This document shows positions 39,401-54,000 of a stretch of DNA of 64,000 nucleotides, one piece after another. Every line of letters begins with the position of its first letter. Within the stretch, counting starts at the first letter, position 1. Position numbers and translations under genes: made by a program. Under the pieces are notes generated by a model. The model ran no database searches. It was given only the letters and a program-made list of their open reading frames with translations, and was not told the DNA's origin. Source of the DNA: Tubiluchus corallicola (Eukaryota; Animalia; Priapulida). The stretch covers positions 124,001 through 188,000 of the forward strand of contig JAQGDQ010000198.1 in NCBI GenBank assembly GCA_030141605.1. Reading direction: 5' to 3'.

Positions 39401-42019
39401 CGCAGTAAACTTATCTAAACTTATTCCAAACGACTTCCCTCAAAATGGCTGCGCCTAACGGTCGTCGCAGGAGTTTAAATTACAAGTTTTATACAGTGCT
39501 GCTGCTAACGCAAGCTCTGTGCACAGCAAGATTGCATGTAAGGATCTGATTAAGTTTAAAAAACAAATGTTTTAAAAATGTCTAAACAAACTAAGCAAGA
39601 GTGTTTTCTTGTGCTTTAGTACTAATCTTTAACACGCACATCAATCTAAAGTAGTCACAGAATAGTTATAAAATACTTTCAATGCTTTTTAGTATTTGTG
39701 TCATAAGATATAATCTATATACATATATACGCTATACGATATAACTTAATTTATATCAATTTCACCTTGAAATGGTTGTTTTTTTTTAATTTCTGGAAGC
39801 ATTTCTAGAAGTCTTTCACTGCGAAAGCTAAGTGATAAAACAGTCCAGTTCCAGAAGCTTTATAGGTGCAAAAATATAAGATTATTAAAAAAATGCACAT
39901 AACAAAACCGTTCTGCATGCAACAACACAAAATTCATATACATGTATTGGGATTTAAGTAAGGGCTAAAGCAAGCTAGCAAGCATATCTACAAGGGCCTT
40001 GTGCAAGCAACATTTTAGAGCAACAAATATTACAAACAACAAAAAGTGGCATGCTCATGATATTGACGTTGTCATTCGCACAGTCCAACGAAGCCGTGCA
40101 CAGGAGTAGATCTAATTAAGTCACGAACCTTCTTATTGCAAAATAAGAAAAGAAAATCAAGAACACGTCTCCCTAGTTGAAATGTTCGGCATAACTGCTC
40201 GAGCACTTTGGAATTTGACCTGTATTCAGTTAAGCTTTTCTTTGTATTTTAGCAGCATTCTAAGTGTCTTAATGACTTAGAAACAATAAAAAATCGGCAC
40301 TTGTAAACTAGGCTAATTCAACATTTTTAATTTTAGCGTTCAATGATTTTCGCTGCCATAAAATATCTATTTTTTAATTTAGTGCGTGCACCCTGTCCAA
40401 CATACGTAATAAAACATAAAACAGATCTGCTGCTAAATTGACATCACACAAAAAAAAACCCATAGCCTGCACCTGCAGGTCATAGGTGACCCGTTACGTA
40501 ATGAGGCACTGCATGAAATAATTACACGTGAGCTAAGGCTGCTAAGCCGACAAACTTATCAACAAGAAAACGGTGCACTTGTGAACGGCACTGCAGCATT
40601 GCATAAAACAAGACAAAAAATTGTAAATGCAGACAAATTACAGCAAAGACTCACCAATAACAGTTATTTGACACAAAACCTTCGCACATGTATCAGCAGA
40701 ACAGTAAGGAAGTCATATACTGAAGACGATCCACCAATAACAAACATCAGTCTGTGTATGTAGTTTTTTGCAAAAAATTCTACAACTGGCTTCTTAAACC
40801 ATAATGTGTTAGGTAGGCCAAGTAATTTGAAATACTAAGCAGTTAACTCTAATATTGACCGTTCGTTTTACGAACGACATCATAAGCTATATCAATGTTT
40901 TTATTTCAGCACCCAAATAAACCAAAATTACTGAGCCACACTTCGCACTCGTCAGGCAAACAATCTCAACGGAAATGTCTCAAGAAATACTCCTAAATGG
41001 AAATTCCTGTTTGAAAAGAGTCCAAGAATAGAGGAACGGAGGAGATGTCACTTTAACCTTTTCTATAACTAAATTACAAATCAGTTTTTTTACTGTCGTA
41101 GACTGTTACATCTTAAAGTGTAGTATATCAGGTGACCTATATGAGAGGAAAGATTACAATGTTCTTGGAGTCCTCTCATTTGTGAATGTAACAACAGACG
41201 GCATAGTCCTCTTAGATGTCTGCTAGGAGTGGTGGGCTAAAAATCATTAAAGACTAGCTTCACCTCCAGCATGTTCTGTATGTCATGAAAGACAGACTAC
41301 AAAATATTGAAAGCTAAAGTTATTGTGCAAGATGAGGCCAAAGAAATCACATTGCATACTTCTTGGAAACCAACTTCTTGGGCATGCAATGAAAGACAGA
41401 CGAAAAATCTTTCGAGACTAACCACTTTTGTAATTTGCACGTCGTTTTAGTTTAACTCAGCGTCCTTGCAGACTAATTTCCTGTGTCGGTTGCGAAAGAT
41501 AGATCTCAAAACAGTCGAAGGTTGACTTCTTTTGAGTCATGTTGAATGAGACAGAATGCTTGAAGGTTGGCTTCTTATGGATCAGAAGCCACTGGCACGG
41601 CAAAAGTCACGATGGAAAATCTTAGGAAGCTGTTTCTCGAACACTATAAAAGAGATGGATAGCAGAACGTAAGTGTTTAACAGAAGAATGCCAAAATCCT
41701 TCGAGGCTAACTTGCTCGAGAAAGAGATCACAAAATCAGTGGCAATAGCTTTTTGTGTGTCAGAAGCAATAGTACCATACGGCAGCAATTAAAAAACGTG
41801 GATGAGGGCGAATAATATCTAATCATTTATAGCTCTATAAACTGCATACACAAACCAATACAAACAATGCTTCTCTTAAAGAAGCAGGCCAGGATGCACA
41901 CGTATTTACAACCCACAGTGAATTTCCTGCCAGTTATACAATGAGAAGGTGGTAAAAGTAGTACTGGAGTAGGCATGCAGTCGTTAGATCTTTATTGCAG
42001 GGTACACTAGTTAGTCAGA

Positions 42020-42071
<52 letters not shown>

Positions 42072-45000
42072 CTCACTTCTCACTCACACATTCAGCAAGA
42101 CATTACGCTAATGGCTAATGAATTGGAGGAGCCACTAAACCAGGTTTCGAACTCAGAACCTCCCTGTTTACATAGCAGGTTGCTCTACCATTTGAGCTAC
42201 TGACCTGGTCTGAATTCTCATGCATTCGCTCGCTCTTTTTCTGTTTCTTCTCATGACGTCAAAAGGCGATGCCTATACCCAGTATTACTTTTCCATACTG
42301 GAGAAATTCAATTTGAGTTTAAAACATATAAAATTCACTGCATGTAAAAACCGACCCAAAGAATTAGCGTTCCTGTAACGGCGCTCCTCCTCCAAAGCTA
42401 ACGCCTGCCAGTTTTTGCGATTTGACTTCAAGCCATCGTACAGGGGACACAGTTTATCCTCAATGGTTGCAAACATCTGTGATTACGATAAGCGATACGA
42501 TATTATGATTCTGCAGTTAATTATATTGGGGTATTTCACAACTTTCGTGCAGCATTTAAAAATGTATGAAATACCACGATAAGTCATAAATGTAGAACCA
42601 TAATACAAAAGTATTAATTTAAATGCTAATAATCCATTAGTTTTCAATATTGTAATAGATGGCAACTGAAGTTCGCTAGATTAATTGCAAGCTTGTTTAT
42701 TTGCCATACTCCCTGAATGCTTGCTGTTATATTACAATCACCGTAATATTTGGAGATATGTAGACTATACTGCGTTTACGTTTTTGATAATTGTCCCAAT
42801 AAAGAAAGCATTCGTCCTAATGACTTCTTTTTAACAAGGGTTTAATAACAATGATGCAAATTAAAACTGGTTTTAATTTTTGTGCTCTTTAAATTTTTGT
42901 GTCCAGTCAACTGGAAAAAATATGGAAAATAACCCATTTAAACGGAAAACAGTAAACGCACATACGCAATTTATATGCAGAATCTCTCTACTTTTCACCG
43001 CAGCATCTCTCTACTTTTGATCTCGAAAAAGATACTGCACTTTACAAAAGATTTGGAATCGAAGCCCTTATATGATAGTACATGTTCGCCAAGTGGTGAC
43101 GCAAAGTTTCACTTCAAATTCAAATAAGTCATGCAGGTGTCGAATTGCGATCGACCAACCGAATTTTGAGGTCCTTCGCTGGTTGAGTGGTTGTCCTTCA
43201 TTGCGATTTTCTTGTCACTAAACCCGTACTTCTTGCTACATTATGATTTAATGCGCAAAACTGGGCTTACATTGAAAACTAAACGCTGGTTAATTAACTG
43301 GAAATACATCTTTATAAAGAGCATGCACAGCATGTATAAAAGGTGGAATAATAAACATGCTATAATATTTCATTAGAGAAGATATAGTTTATGTAAATCG
43401 CAAAACGCAATACATCCATTATTACTCTACACATCAAGCACGTTAAAGTCAGCTTGAACAGTATAAGTTCTCAATATCAGACATCATCAAATATAAACCA
43501 CTACATTAAGGATGAGATGACAATAATGGTGCTTATTTGAAGATGTGCGTTATTAAGAGAAGCGCGAAAGGACTAAAAGAGGCAATGTTTGATCGACGTC
43601 TAGTAGATTTATGCAAACAACTTTTTCTCAGATGACAACTTTTAAAAAACGGTCGGTTCTTTTTTTGTGTCTGAACCTATGATTGTTTTATTTTTTGTGT
43701 ACATATGTAATTGTGTATGTTACAGTCTAAGTTACAGCAATAAAGTATGTCCAGGTTATCGCGCAACAAAAAGCTTGTTTATATATATAGTATTTGTAGT
43801 CTTTTAGTAACCGACTGCTATTTCAAATACAGAAATATATCAAAGAAATTATAATTTTTTATCCATGGTGTCAAGTACGTACGTTTGATCAAACATTGGC
43901 TTAATTCATAATAAAAACAAAACCACGATATACAAGTATTTTGTTCACAATGCCAAATCACCGTCAGGGTCTATTCCTTGGCCTAGGAGCTCCCAATTGT
44001 GGCGATTTTGTTCTACTCCACGCAAAAGCGGAGACACGCCAGGCCATAGATCAGAAAAGTGCTGGCCCAAACATAAAATAATGTGTCACGATCATTAAAA
44101 GCAACGTAAATATGCCAACGCTTTTAAGAAACAACAACATTATAGAATATAATACTGTTTGATTTGTAAAACTGGCGTAGAATTCGAAAAACAAACTCAA
44201 ACGGAATAAATTCAATATAAAATTTCTCATTTTATGTTTTAAAGATTACGTGGCAAGTCGATTTTACATGTATCTTAATTTCTACGTGTATAAATCAATA
44301 GGATAAGTGTTTATAAAATCAATGCGTTGATACCTTATAAACTGGTATGCAGATTGCGTCAATGAAGCCCACTTGCATTTTTGGCAACTCGTCTCTTTTC
44401 TCTCTGTCCATCATTGCCTATCATAAGTCAGAAAAACAATGCTTGGCAGCTATTAACAGCCTTGTTACACAGAACCAAACAGGAAAAAGTAATTTCAATG
44501 AATACATTCTCAATGTTTTACATGTTTTGACGAGAAGTATTTCTAAGTGACACGCGATGTAATAAAAAAGGTAGTCTCAAACTACAACGGGCCAATGTTG
44601 TTGGATGGTCCAAACAAATTGCGCGCAAACTATCTGTATAGGACTTACTCTGTATCCTACCTACTGTACTTGCTCCTGTATCTTACCTACGATTTCACAC
44701 ACTCAACTGTGTTCATGCGTTGCTCTAACTCATTATAACATTTATGTTGCGGTTTTTTAGGTGTAATTATATAACAGAGCTGTAAGCTTAAACAACCAAT
44801 CAAATCCCAGCTAGTCAGCTAGACCACCAAAATCAGACACTTATCTGATCCTATAAGTACACAAAGTTTAGTTGCCTAATTGTTTATAGCTTTTGAGATG
44901 AAAGCCAGTTGCACTTTTGGGATTGACTCACCACGATTTCTGCTGTGAATGCGGTATTATGGATAAGAACAAAACCTCATTTTAATGACCAGAAGTTCAA

Positions 45001-48000
45001 CACAGTGTGCATCAAGTTCACAGAACTTCTCTACAGGCGCCCTAATTTTACTCGCTCTTGATAGAAAATAATCCTGTAGGCGGAGATATAGTTTAACGTA
45101 AATTCCTGTACTGAAATAACAGTATTGCAGTCCGCAAAACATCAAAGAATGTAATATCCGCCAGAGGCATAGCGGAAACTACATTCTCTGAACACATTCG
45201 CCAATAGTGCGCCTTATAAAATGGTTCTTTAAATACAAAAAAGCCCGTAACTTTGAGTGTCTGAACCAAGAGAACCATAAGGAGAATAATATAAAAAATA
45301 TGCTACACATCGTTTGATCTACAAAAATTTGCGTTTAAGTCAAAGTTAAATAAACTTAAAAAAACTGAAAGCTAGGTGAATTTTTTAACATACAGGAAGA
45401 TTTTCTCTTAGGTGCTAGGGCTTGCCACAAAGGCAAAATTAAGAATACAAGTGGAAAATGGTGTGTCAGTGTTACGCACAACTTTCATGGTCACATATGA
45501 GATTACCAAACACAAAAAAATGTACCTTACCAAATTGGAAAATAATTTTTTGGCGACCTTCAGTCTGAGTTTATTTATTTACAACAAGTTTATTGGTGTT
45601 AGTAAAAGAAAACTACGTACAATAGGTTGCTCATGGAGCACATTCTTTTCAATATCCCCTTGCTCAAAGAACTCACTAGCTACAAGTTCAGCAACTTTTT
45701 TCTGTACTTCCCAGGGCTTAGTTATCGCAGAAACATCACAAGCCGTCATCATCATACCCCTGTAATAGTGCTTAAAATTCATTTACATTGCTAGTAAACT
45801 ACATAATATGTAGTTAAGTTTAATTAATTTAGCCGTATCTTAACATAAAATTTCCTTTATTGCATAGTAATGTTGAGCCAATAACAAGATACAAAACCAA
45901 AAACTTATAAGGAAATAACAATTTTTATAATTAAGAATTTGAAAAATACAAATTATGGTCTTCGCCTAATCAGCTTGTGCACAGAAATTTAAATATAAGT
46001 TTGTAATTGTAGTCTTTATAGACATACCTTAATAGTTCCTTTTTATTCTCGTCGTGAAATTTCGTTTCGCCTTGCTCTACCATGCTAACAAATGAACCTT
46101 TCTTTCTATAAAAAATAACAAATTATCACGCAAAACATATTGCTGCCATGTATCTTGTGCTGTCAAAAACAAGTAATTTAGCAAATTATTTATAAAAATA
46201 TTATTTCTGTGTTCGTATTTTCACTGTCTGGCTGTAACTCCTTACGTGGCCACTAGCCTTGTTTGCGACAATTCGTTAAAGGCGATTTCAAGTTAAAGAA
46301 GGCCAACAATTACATTAAAATACGTACTTAAAATAGAGAGCTAGGTCTGTTGAAAGTATGGCATGTTCCAGCATTTTAATTACTTTTCTGTAATCCTCTG
46401 GAGATAATGCTTGAAATATGTTGTTTCCCTAAATAAAACGATTGCACATCATTTATTGAAGCGAACGAAAGTGCAATTTCTGAAATATATATTAAACAAT
46501 TAAAAAAATGTTACTGTCACAATCATTCAGGCTGCAACTTGAAAAAGAAAACATTTTAGACAATCGTAAAAACAAAATTTTTGATAACCACTATTGATAC
46601 CAAATGAATTTTTCCTTTGCTAAGGCCACATTCGAGTGGGAACTCACGTTTTTGCAGTTTTACACAGTTACGAGTATACTAGTTCGTAATAATGCTTTCC
46701 CAAGACTTCATTCCACGTGCCTTCGCATACAGCTTGTGCTTTGCACACACCTTCAGAATTATAACGTTTCATCATGTTACGTCACTGACAATTTTCAGGA
46801 CTGAATGTCACCAGGTAGTTTACATGGCTTCACACGTTAACACGTCTTCATAAAGAGATTACCCGATGTTTTCACACATTGCTACAGATCTTACGGGCGG
46901 TTCAGACGATCGGTTTCTTTTTCGTCAAACTTGTTTGTTAGTTTTAGTTTGATAAACTAGTTTGATCGTGTAAACAACGAAACTGACAAACTATTAGTTT
47001 AACAAACAAAGTTTAAAGGCATTAAACCGTCTTGAATTCATAAAAAGCAAAAACTGACAAACTCAGACTCAACAGCCAATAGCGTCGCGCGCTCGTTACA
47101 TTATACCGATTGTTCATTTTCGCGCAGGGGCCGGGGGATTTTAATCATTTTAAGACTTTCTTAGCTCTTTCTTTTCCAATTTCTTGTTCTTAATCGTGCA
47201 AGCTAGCGCAACAGACAACAAAAACGCTCGCCTGCATACTGGAGTTATAATTTGACTGACACCCCTTACTGACTAGTTATTTGAAACAGAGTTTGACGGA
47301 GTAAACTTTGATGTCGTCTAAACACCCTTCAGTTTTTAGAATGACAGTTTTTGATTGTCAGTTTTGGTTTGACAGTTTAAAAACTGATTGTGTAAACGGA
47401 CTATTACGCAACTTACTACGTCACTAGATGTCATGCGAAATCGAATGCTGTAAACACAGCTTCACAGTCATACGGTTTCGCATGTCAAAGAAATGTCTTC
47501 ACACGAAACACAAGGTTACACACGTTGCCCAATTACAGGCTAAGCCATACTTGCCCTAACTACAAATAAATTGGATTTTGTAGCAAAACAAATATTCAGA
47601 GTAAGAAAGCGCTAAAAAATTTCGGCAAACAGTAAAGCCTTTTACAGTAAAATAAACAGCTTTACTAGAAATAATGCAAGTAGAATGTCGCTGCTTACGT
47701 CACTGTTCAGAATCATTATGCAATGATCGAAATGGTGATGTTCCATCGTTGATGTTCCATATAATGTAGATAGCGGCGATTCAGTCCTAGAGTAATAAGC
47801 CTAATTAGTCTTTTAGCTTTTCTGCACAAGGCTTGATGATGTCAATATCCCTTAATATTGATCTGCTTAAGATTTATAAACGTAAAACAGATCGTTATAA
47901 AGCTGTTAAAATGCTGCACGGCATGTATTATTGTTACTGAGTTTAGTAACCGTTAAGTGACGTTGGAAAACAAGATCATCACTTTTAGTCATTAAACGGA

Positions 48001-51000
48001 GTAGTTAAACTTACTTTGTTTGGAACGCATTATTTGTGCCTCTATGGTCAAGGTCATGACACAAACAAGCAACTAACAAAGCGAAAATTTCCAGATCAGT
48101 GAACAGAATTGCTGGTTCGCCAGTCTGAAAACAGAAATAACTATGATGAAACCCATTAGATAACCCAGCTAAACACATATAGCGTCCTATGCCTCAGTAC
48201 AGAATTCACTGTGTTATACATGGGCACACCTAACCATTGCAGTGTAGAAATACTACAATACATGCATGCGATTTCGTCAGATGTATGTATCCAAAAAATC
48301 CCAGCCACTCCGCTATAAAAAGAGAAGTTTACCATTAATCAGTTAACCAATATTGTCTGACATCTAATCTATACTGTCTAATATTATTGCATCAAACAGA
48401 CAGAAAAAATTGTAGTTTCTTGTGTTCTTGCTTATCAAATATTTAAAGTTTATATAGATATGAGAGGCATTTTTGTGGGGTCCCCAAAAATTGAATTTTT
48501 AATGTACTAGTGATATAGTGTCATAAAATTCCTGGTCATTTTAGTCGTTTGTCTGTCACTGTAAAATCTTACCTTGTTATCAGTTTCGTGAAATATGTTC
48601 AGCATTGCAAACATTGTTTGGGTTACGTTAAATGCATGTCTCCAGTTATGATATGTAACCGGGCGATAGTTCTTCTTTACACTGAGAATCCAACGACATA
48701 AAACCTTTAAAAAGTTTAAAAATTTACATATGCATACATCGTACACATTATGTATTAATACTGTCTATAAAATGTAGCTTAAGACTTTCATTGGAATATC
48801 TGTTACAAAAAGTTTAGATGAAAGCTAGGTAGGTCGAATGGCCTGAAAGTAACAATATGCTTTGGGATATCGATTTGAAAATAGACTTGATAGTTTTGTC
48901 GATAGAAAATCAAGCACTATCGCAAGTGCATAATTATTTAATACTGCTACAGTTTAATGCTTATACACTTTAATCTACAATTCCAAGCAACAGAAGAAGA
49001 AGCTTTAGAGTAAAGCTGCCGCAATATTATTGAGCAAAATCGCGCACTAAAATGTTATTATACGTAAATATTTACACTTTATACTGTGTGTTTTATTTGT
49101 TTCTAACGTTTGTACTAAGGCCTGAGCAGACATATTGTAACAGACGACAACTATTCCAGTTAGATTTAGATTTATTTATTTATCCTTTAGCACAATATTA
49201 CGACAGTTGTGAATAGTAAACCACTAAAAGGAAAGGACAAGATTGTTTGATGGGGGTGCTCTCGTAAAATCTTACAATGCTGAATCTTTGCTTAATAATG
49301 TTCGATTAAATGCGTCTATCTTATAAATAGGTGTGAATCCAACTTTCAAACATTTTAAACAGATTTAGTATGAACGACTATATACATATATTTTACGTAA
49401 TCCTCAATTTCCTTGCACTCTTGAGATGATTTGTTTTTCTTTTATCTCTTTTATATGTTTGATAATGCTTTTTCGTAAGTACATTGCTGTCGTATACTTA
49501 ACTATTGTGTTTTATAAGTTGCGCAATTATAAGCTGCAGGACTGCGCGCACTAACTGAAAACAGTACATTATCAAACAAAAGTTTCAGCCCAGATTGCAG
49601 CTTTTTGTTGCGCAGTTCTTAGTCAAATATATCTGCTCGCTTTCATAGTCATTTACAGATTTTGCAGCTTTTAGCTACGCAACAGAAAATTGCATGTGTG
49701 TGTGGAGCCTAACAAAACGTAATTTTCAAGATTATTAGCATTTAATTCGTGCAACTGGCTATACTGTAGTACAAGCTGCATACAAAAAAGTTTTATTAAT
49801 GAATACCTCGTAAGGCACGTGAAACTTAGCCATAATATTACACTCTAGAAACATTCGAACACAAGCTTGGCACGTTTCATCTTCGTTGAGAGGAAAATCA
49901 CTAAATTCAAATTTCAATAGTGCGAATTCTTCTGCTGGTGGTATGGTGGCCGTCTAAAAAACAGTAAAAATAAAAACAAAATACCTACGGCACTGTTATG
50001 TACAGATTCTGATGATTTAAAATCTTTTATCGAGCGACTCGACCCAAAGTAAGTAAGTAAGTAGTTTATTTAAAGTCGATTTTAAGGCGCTTAAAACATT
50101 AGTTCACATGGGAACTATTATTGTCGACTAAAATTACTACAATTATTATAAAAACAATCAAAATGTTAACAGAAGCAAATTTGAAAGCTTACAATTAAAA
50201 TAACTACGTTTCATTAAGTGTTAAAATGCTGAGCTGAAATTTAAAAATTATCATGTATTTACTCAAGCACAACTTGACATGCTGTTAAAAGGAATGTCGA
50301 CAAAAACAGGTAAAATTATAAAATTACATAGTGAAACAAGTAAATAATTTCATTTCAAGCCAACATATGGAAGGCAAAGATAAGGCCGCGTTTCCACTGC
50401 GCCGGCACAGACACGCACAGACACAGACTTTTTCTGTATGACTCACACGGAAAAAATTGATGCTATGGCCCGCCTTTGAATACCATTGTTTTACGCGTCT
50501 GTCGTTTCCACTGCGTCCGCACGGAAAGCCACGTATACGCACGGATCCGCACTTTAATTGTTCAACCTTTTTTTGTGTGGACGGACAAGCTCATTTTTAT
50601 AATGGAGGACGAACAGATCGTACACGCTGTGCAGATCAGACCTGCTTTGTATGACAAAAGTAATCCCAAATACAGCCACAGGGATTTTACAAGACAGCTG
50701 TGGGCCGAAGTGGCCTTTCAGCTTAATACTGAAGGTAGAATATATGTAGTTTTGTTATTAAATTAACGTTTCAGTAAATTTAGGCTTGATTTTGCGATGC
50801 TGTAGTGCATGCATTTTTTAAATTTGTAGTATATACATGTATTTATGCTCTCTATTGCCACAATATTTCGACTTTGCCCTGAAAATTGCATTAATTGTTG
50901 TGCTGTTACAGGGAGCAAATAATAAGCTTCAAAACATTGTTAGTTTTATAATAGTAACAAATTTTTTTATTTGAAGTGAATTCAACTAGTCCTATTTAAA

Positions 51001-54000
51001 TTCCCTTAGAAAACACGCTGTAAAAATTGCAACATACGGACGTGCAAAATCATAATCAACTGCAACATATAAGTAATAAGAAGGAGAAAAGCTACCGAAG
51101 ATAATTTTAAGCTTCGCACAAGATTTCATTGAAACTGTTACCGTTTGTGTTCACCACCAATTAAAAAATAGTCAGGTTACACTCGACCAATACGTTGCTG
51201 CTGCCAGGGCACTGAACCAGCAGGAGAAATAAAGTAATCCAAGAAGGCTTGTCTAGTACTCATTGCTGAATTTACTGAACGTCCACGCGTTTCTTCTACA
51301 TCCTGTATTGGTTGAAGGACAGCTTGGTTAGGTTCGTTGCATTCTAGGGAAGCCCGACCAGGTTCTTCATGAAGAATAAAATTATGCAATGCGCTTATGG
51401 CTTTCACCATTTCACACGCAAAAGGTACTTGCACCTGCATTGGCTGATGTAAAAATATGAATAATAATTTCATGCTAAGATTCAATTAATTAATTGTTGG
51501 TTCTGTTTACCTTAGCGTAACAACAAGGCGCTGTTCTGGTGAAATACAATCCCGAAAATGTATGTTTTGTTTCTTAAGATGTTCAGAACACAAATCAAGT
51601 AAAGTTCGGAAGGCTGCAGGTTGCAGCAAAACTTTTGGCTCATTAATTACGTATTTTACGGAATGAGTGCGGTCCCAATGGAAACAACTTTTGCGGACGT
51701 AAAACGTGCGGACAGAAAAGTCTGTGTCTGTACGTGACTCTGCGGACGCAGTGGAAACGCGGCCTAAATCGCTCACTTCGCTTTATTTACAAAGATATTG
51801 AGCTTGGCAGGAACTCTTGCATCATTTTAAGTCATCCCACGTTTTTGATTCTTTATACTGAAACGAGTGCAAACCGCACTTCGTAGTTCGTAATTTCTAG
51901 GATCAAGACTCCTCTGAAGGAGTAGTTTGAGTTTCGCATTTCAAACATTTCGCTTATCTAGGATTCAATGATTTGTAAACTTCCTTTAACAAGAACTCCT
52001 GATGCATTTTATTTATGCTAGAAACTTTGCTCTTTTTAAGCATTCTTTGCTCTTTCTAGCAGTGAGTTGTAATTAGACGAATAATCATTAAAGAGTATGC
52101 ACAGAACTTGTCTCGTATTTGCATCACCTGAATGACCAACGAAGGACTACGTAAAGTTGGCGCGAATAAAGCTTTGGTAAGCTGTAAAAGTTTGCTTTAG
52201 TGCTGTTGCTGTGGGATATTCATTTGCCTTCCAGCCTTTCTGCAGATGTCTGATACCTGCTCTTTAAAACTGAAATTTTTATCCGAGCAATTTGATCGAC
52301 TTTTCTTCACTTATACGTTCATTATTAATAGTCAAAGCAGTATTAGATTGATTTTGATCTGTACTAGCTGACATGTAGTGAAATTTATTAGTGCTCACTT
52401 TCATCTGATTGTAAAGAAACCCTTGCAGGATATTTTTACCACCGTTTGTAAGGTGATTGTTTACTTGTTGATAGTTTTCTGCTAGGCAATTAGTGTATTA
52501 CTATCTGCAGAAGTGGCTATAGTGCTGTTTTCTGCGAATTGAATTAATGTTATTACTTTTATATTTTATTATATACTAACATATATATGGCGCTATATAG
52601 TACTATGATTGATTTGATAACCACATTGGTCCTCATTATGCATATGTTCACAATAATGGTTGCAACACTTTCTCCTGTCTTAAATTGCCTTTAATTTGCT
52701 CATTTTTTTCTCCTAGGAAAATGTATGTGTATAAAATTGCATGTATTGTTTGAGATAATAAATAAACAGATAGAATAATACCCGAATTTAGCAATTTTAG
52801 GAATTTCTGTGAAGTGTAAACACGATGAGATAATGGATTTTAATTTAAAATATAATCTTCATTAAAAAGCTATTAAAATATTTACTAGAAACTATAAAAT
52901 ATGAAACTAGGATAAAAGGTATATACAGCACAGATATAAATTTTACAGATAAAAATGGCTAGTTAAAAGCACAAAGAGCAAGGCTACTTATATAAAATTA
53001 TGCCTGTTAAAAGACGATTATTAAGATTTACATTTTTTAAAGGCTTTGGGGCACAGCCGACAGACTCACGGAGCTGATTTCAGATTCTAATTATTCTGTT
53101 TGAGAAAAAAGGTTTTAAATCGGCAGTGAGTAGGCTGTGTTACTTCAAGCGGTTGCCCCTGGTTAGGTTAGATAAAAGTGCTTTGCTAAAAAATACATCT
53201 TTGTCTATAGTATTACCTCCAGATAAATATAGAAAAACACATTGTCAGATCGCAGTGTATTTGACGAAGTTCACGTGGCTCAAGATTTAAAAATGCTAAT
53301 CGGTCGGGGTACGACGTATTGCCAAATTGCACCTAGCAAATAATCTGCGAGTGAACAACCGCTGAAAATTTTCAACAAATCAAAATTATTTAGTAAAATG
53401 GGTGCCAAGTTAGAGTACAATACTACCTTGAAGGGGAACATAAGTTTTGCACGCAGGGATAGCAAAGCATCGAAACAGCAAGTTGCTAACACGATTGGTT
53501 TTTTGTTAAAAACAGACTAAAAACACAGAAGGCAGAATCACATCGTAACGTGGATTTTTTTAGCCAATATGCAAAACAATACACTTGTTTACAGAAATGG
53601 CAAGTTGCCACTTTCATTTCCATACAGCTGTTTGGTCAGCAGCATACTGAATTGAACAGATTTCTGCACAATTATATAACTTAATGTCGTCTGCGTACAT
53701 TTTACAACTTGCACAACAACAAATGATAAACAATAGCGGACCAATAATACTACCTTGGCGAACACCAGGAGAAAGGGACATAATCATTTGAGGCGTCATC
53801 CACAACAACTTTTTGTGATCGACCCGCAAGAAAATTTTCAATCCATTTACAGAGCATACCATTAATACTATTGGCTTTCAATTTTGTCAAAATCTTTGGG
53901 TGATACACAGAATCAAAAACTTTTTTGAAGTCTATACGTACTACATCAATAGAGTGTTTATCGTTTAACAAGACCAACGCTTAGCACAAAACCGATGCTG

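Larger units (their letters stand above)
50384..51764. mobile_element. Internally deleted PIF/Harbinger DNA transposon (1381 bp)
   Basis: Perfect 18-bp TIR GGCCGCGTTTCCACTGCG extending to ~50 bp imperfect; TAA target-site duplication at 50381-50383 and 51765-51767; convergent remnants of a MADF protein (+) and the transposase (-). Confidence 0.93.

Noticed and set aside
40655-40752. Additional PDE exon ending at a GTGAGT donor
   Set aside because: Immediate stop in the required phase.
42132-42206. Functional tRNA-Thr(TGT)
   Set aside because: Acceptor and T stems do not pair; it is attached to a SINE-like body and GA tail.
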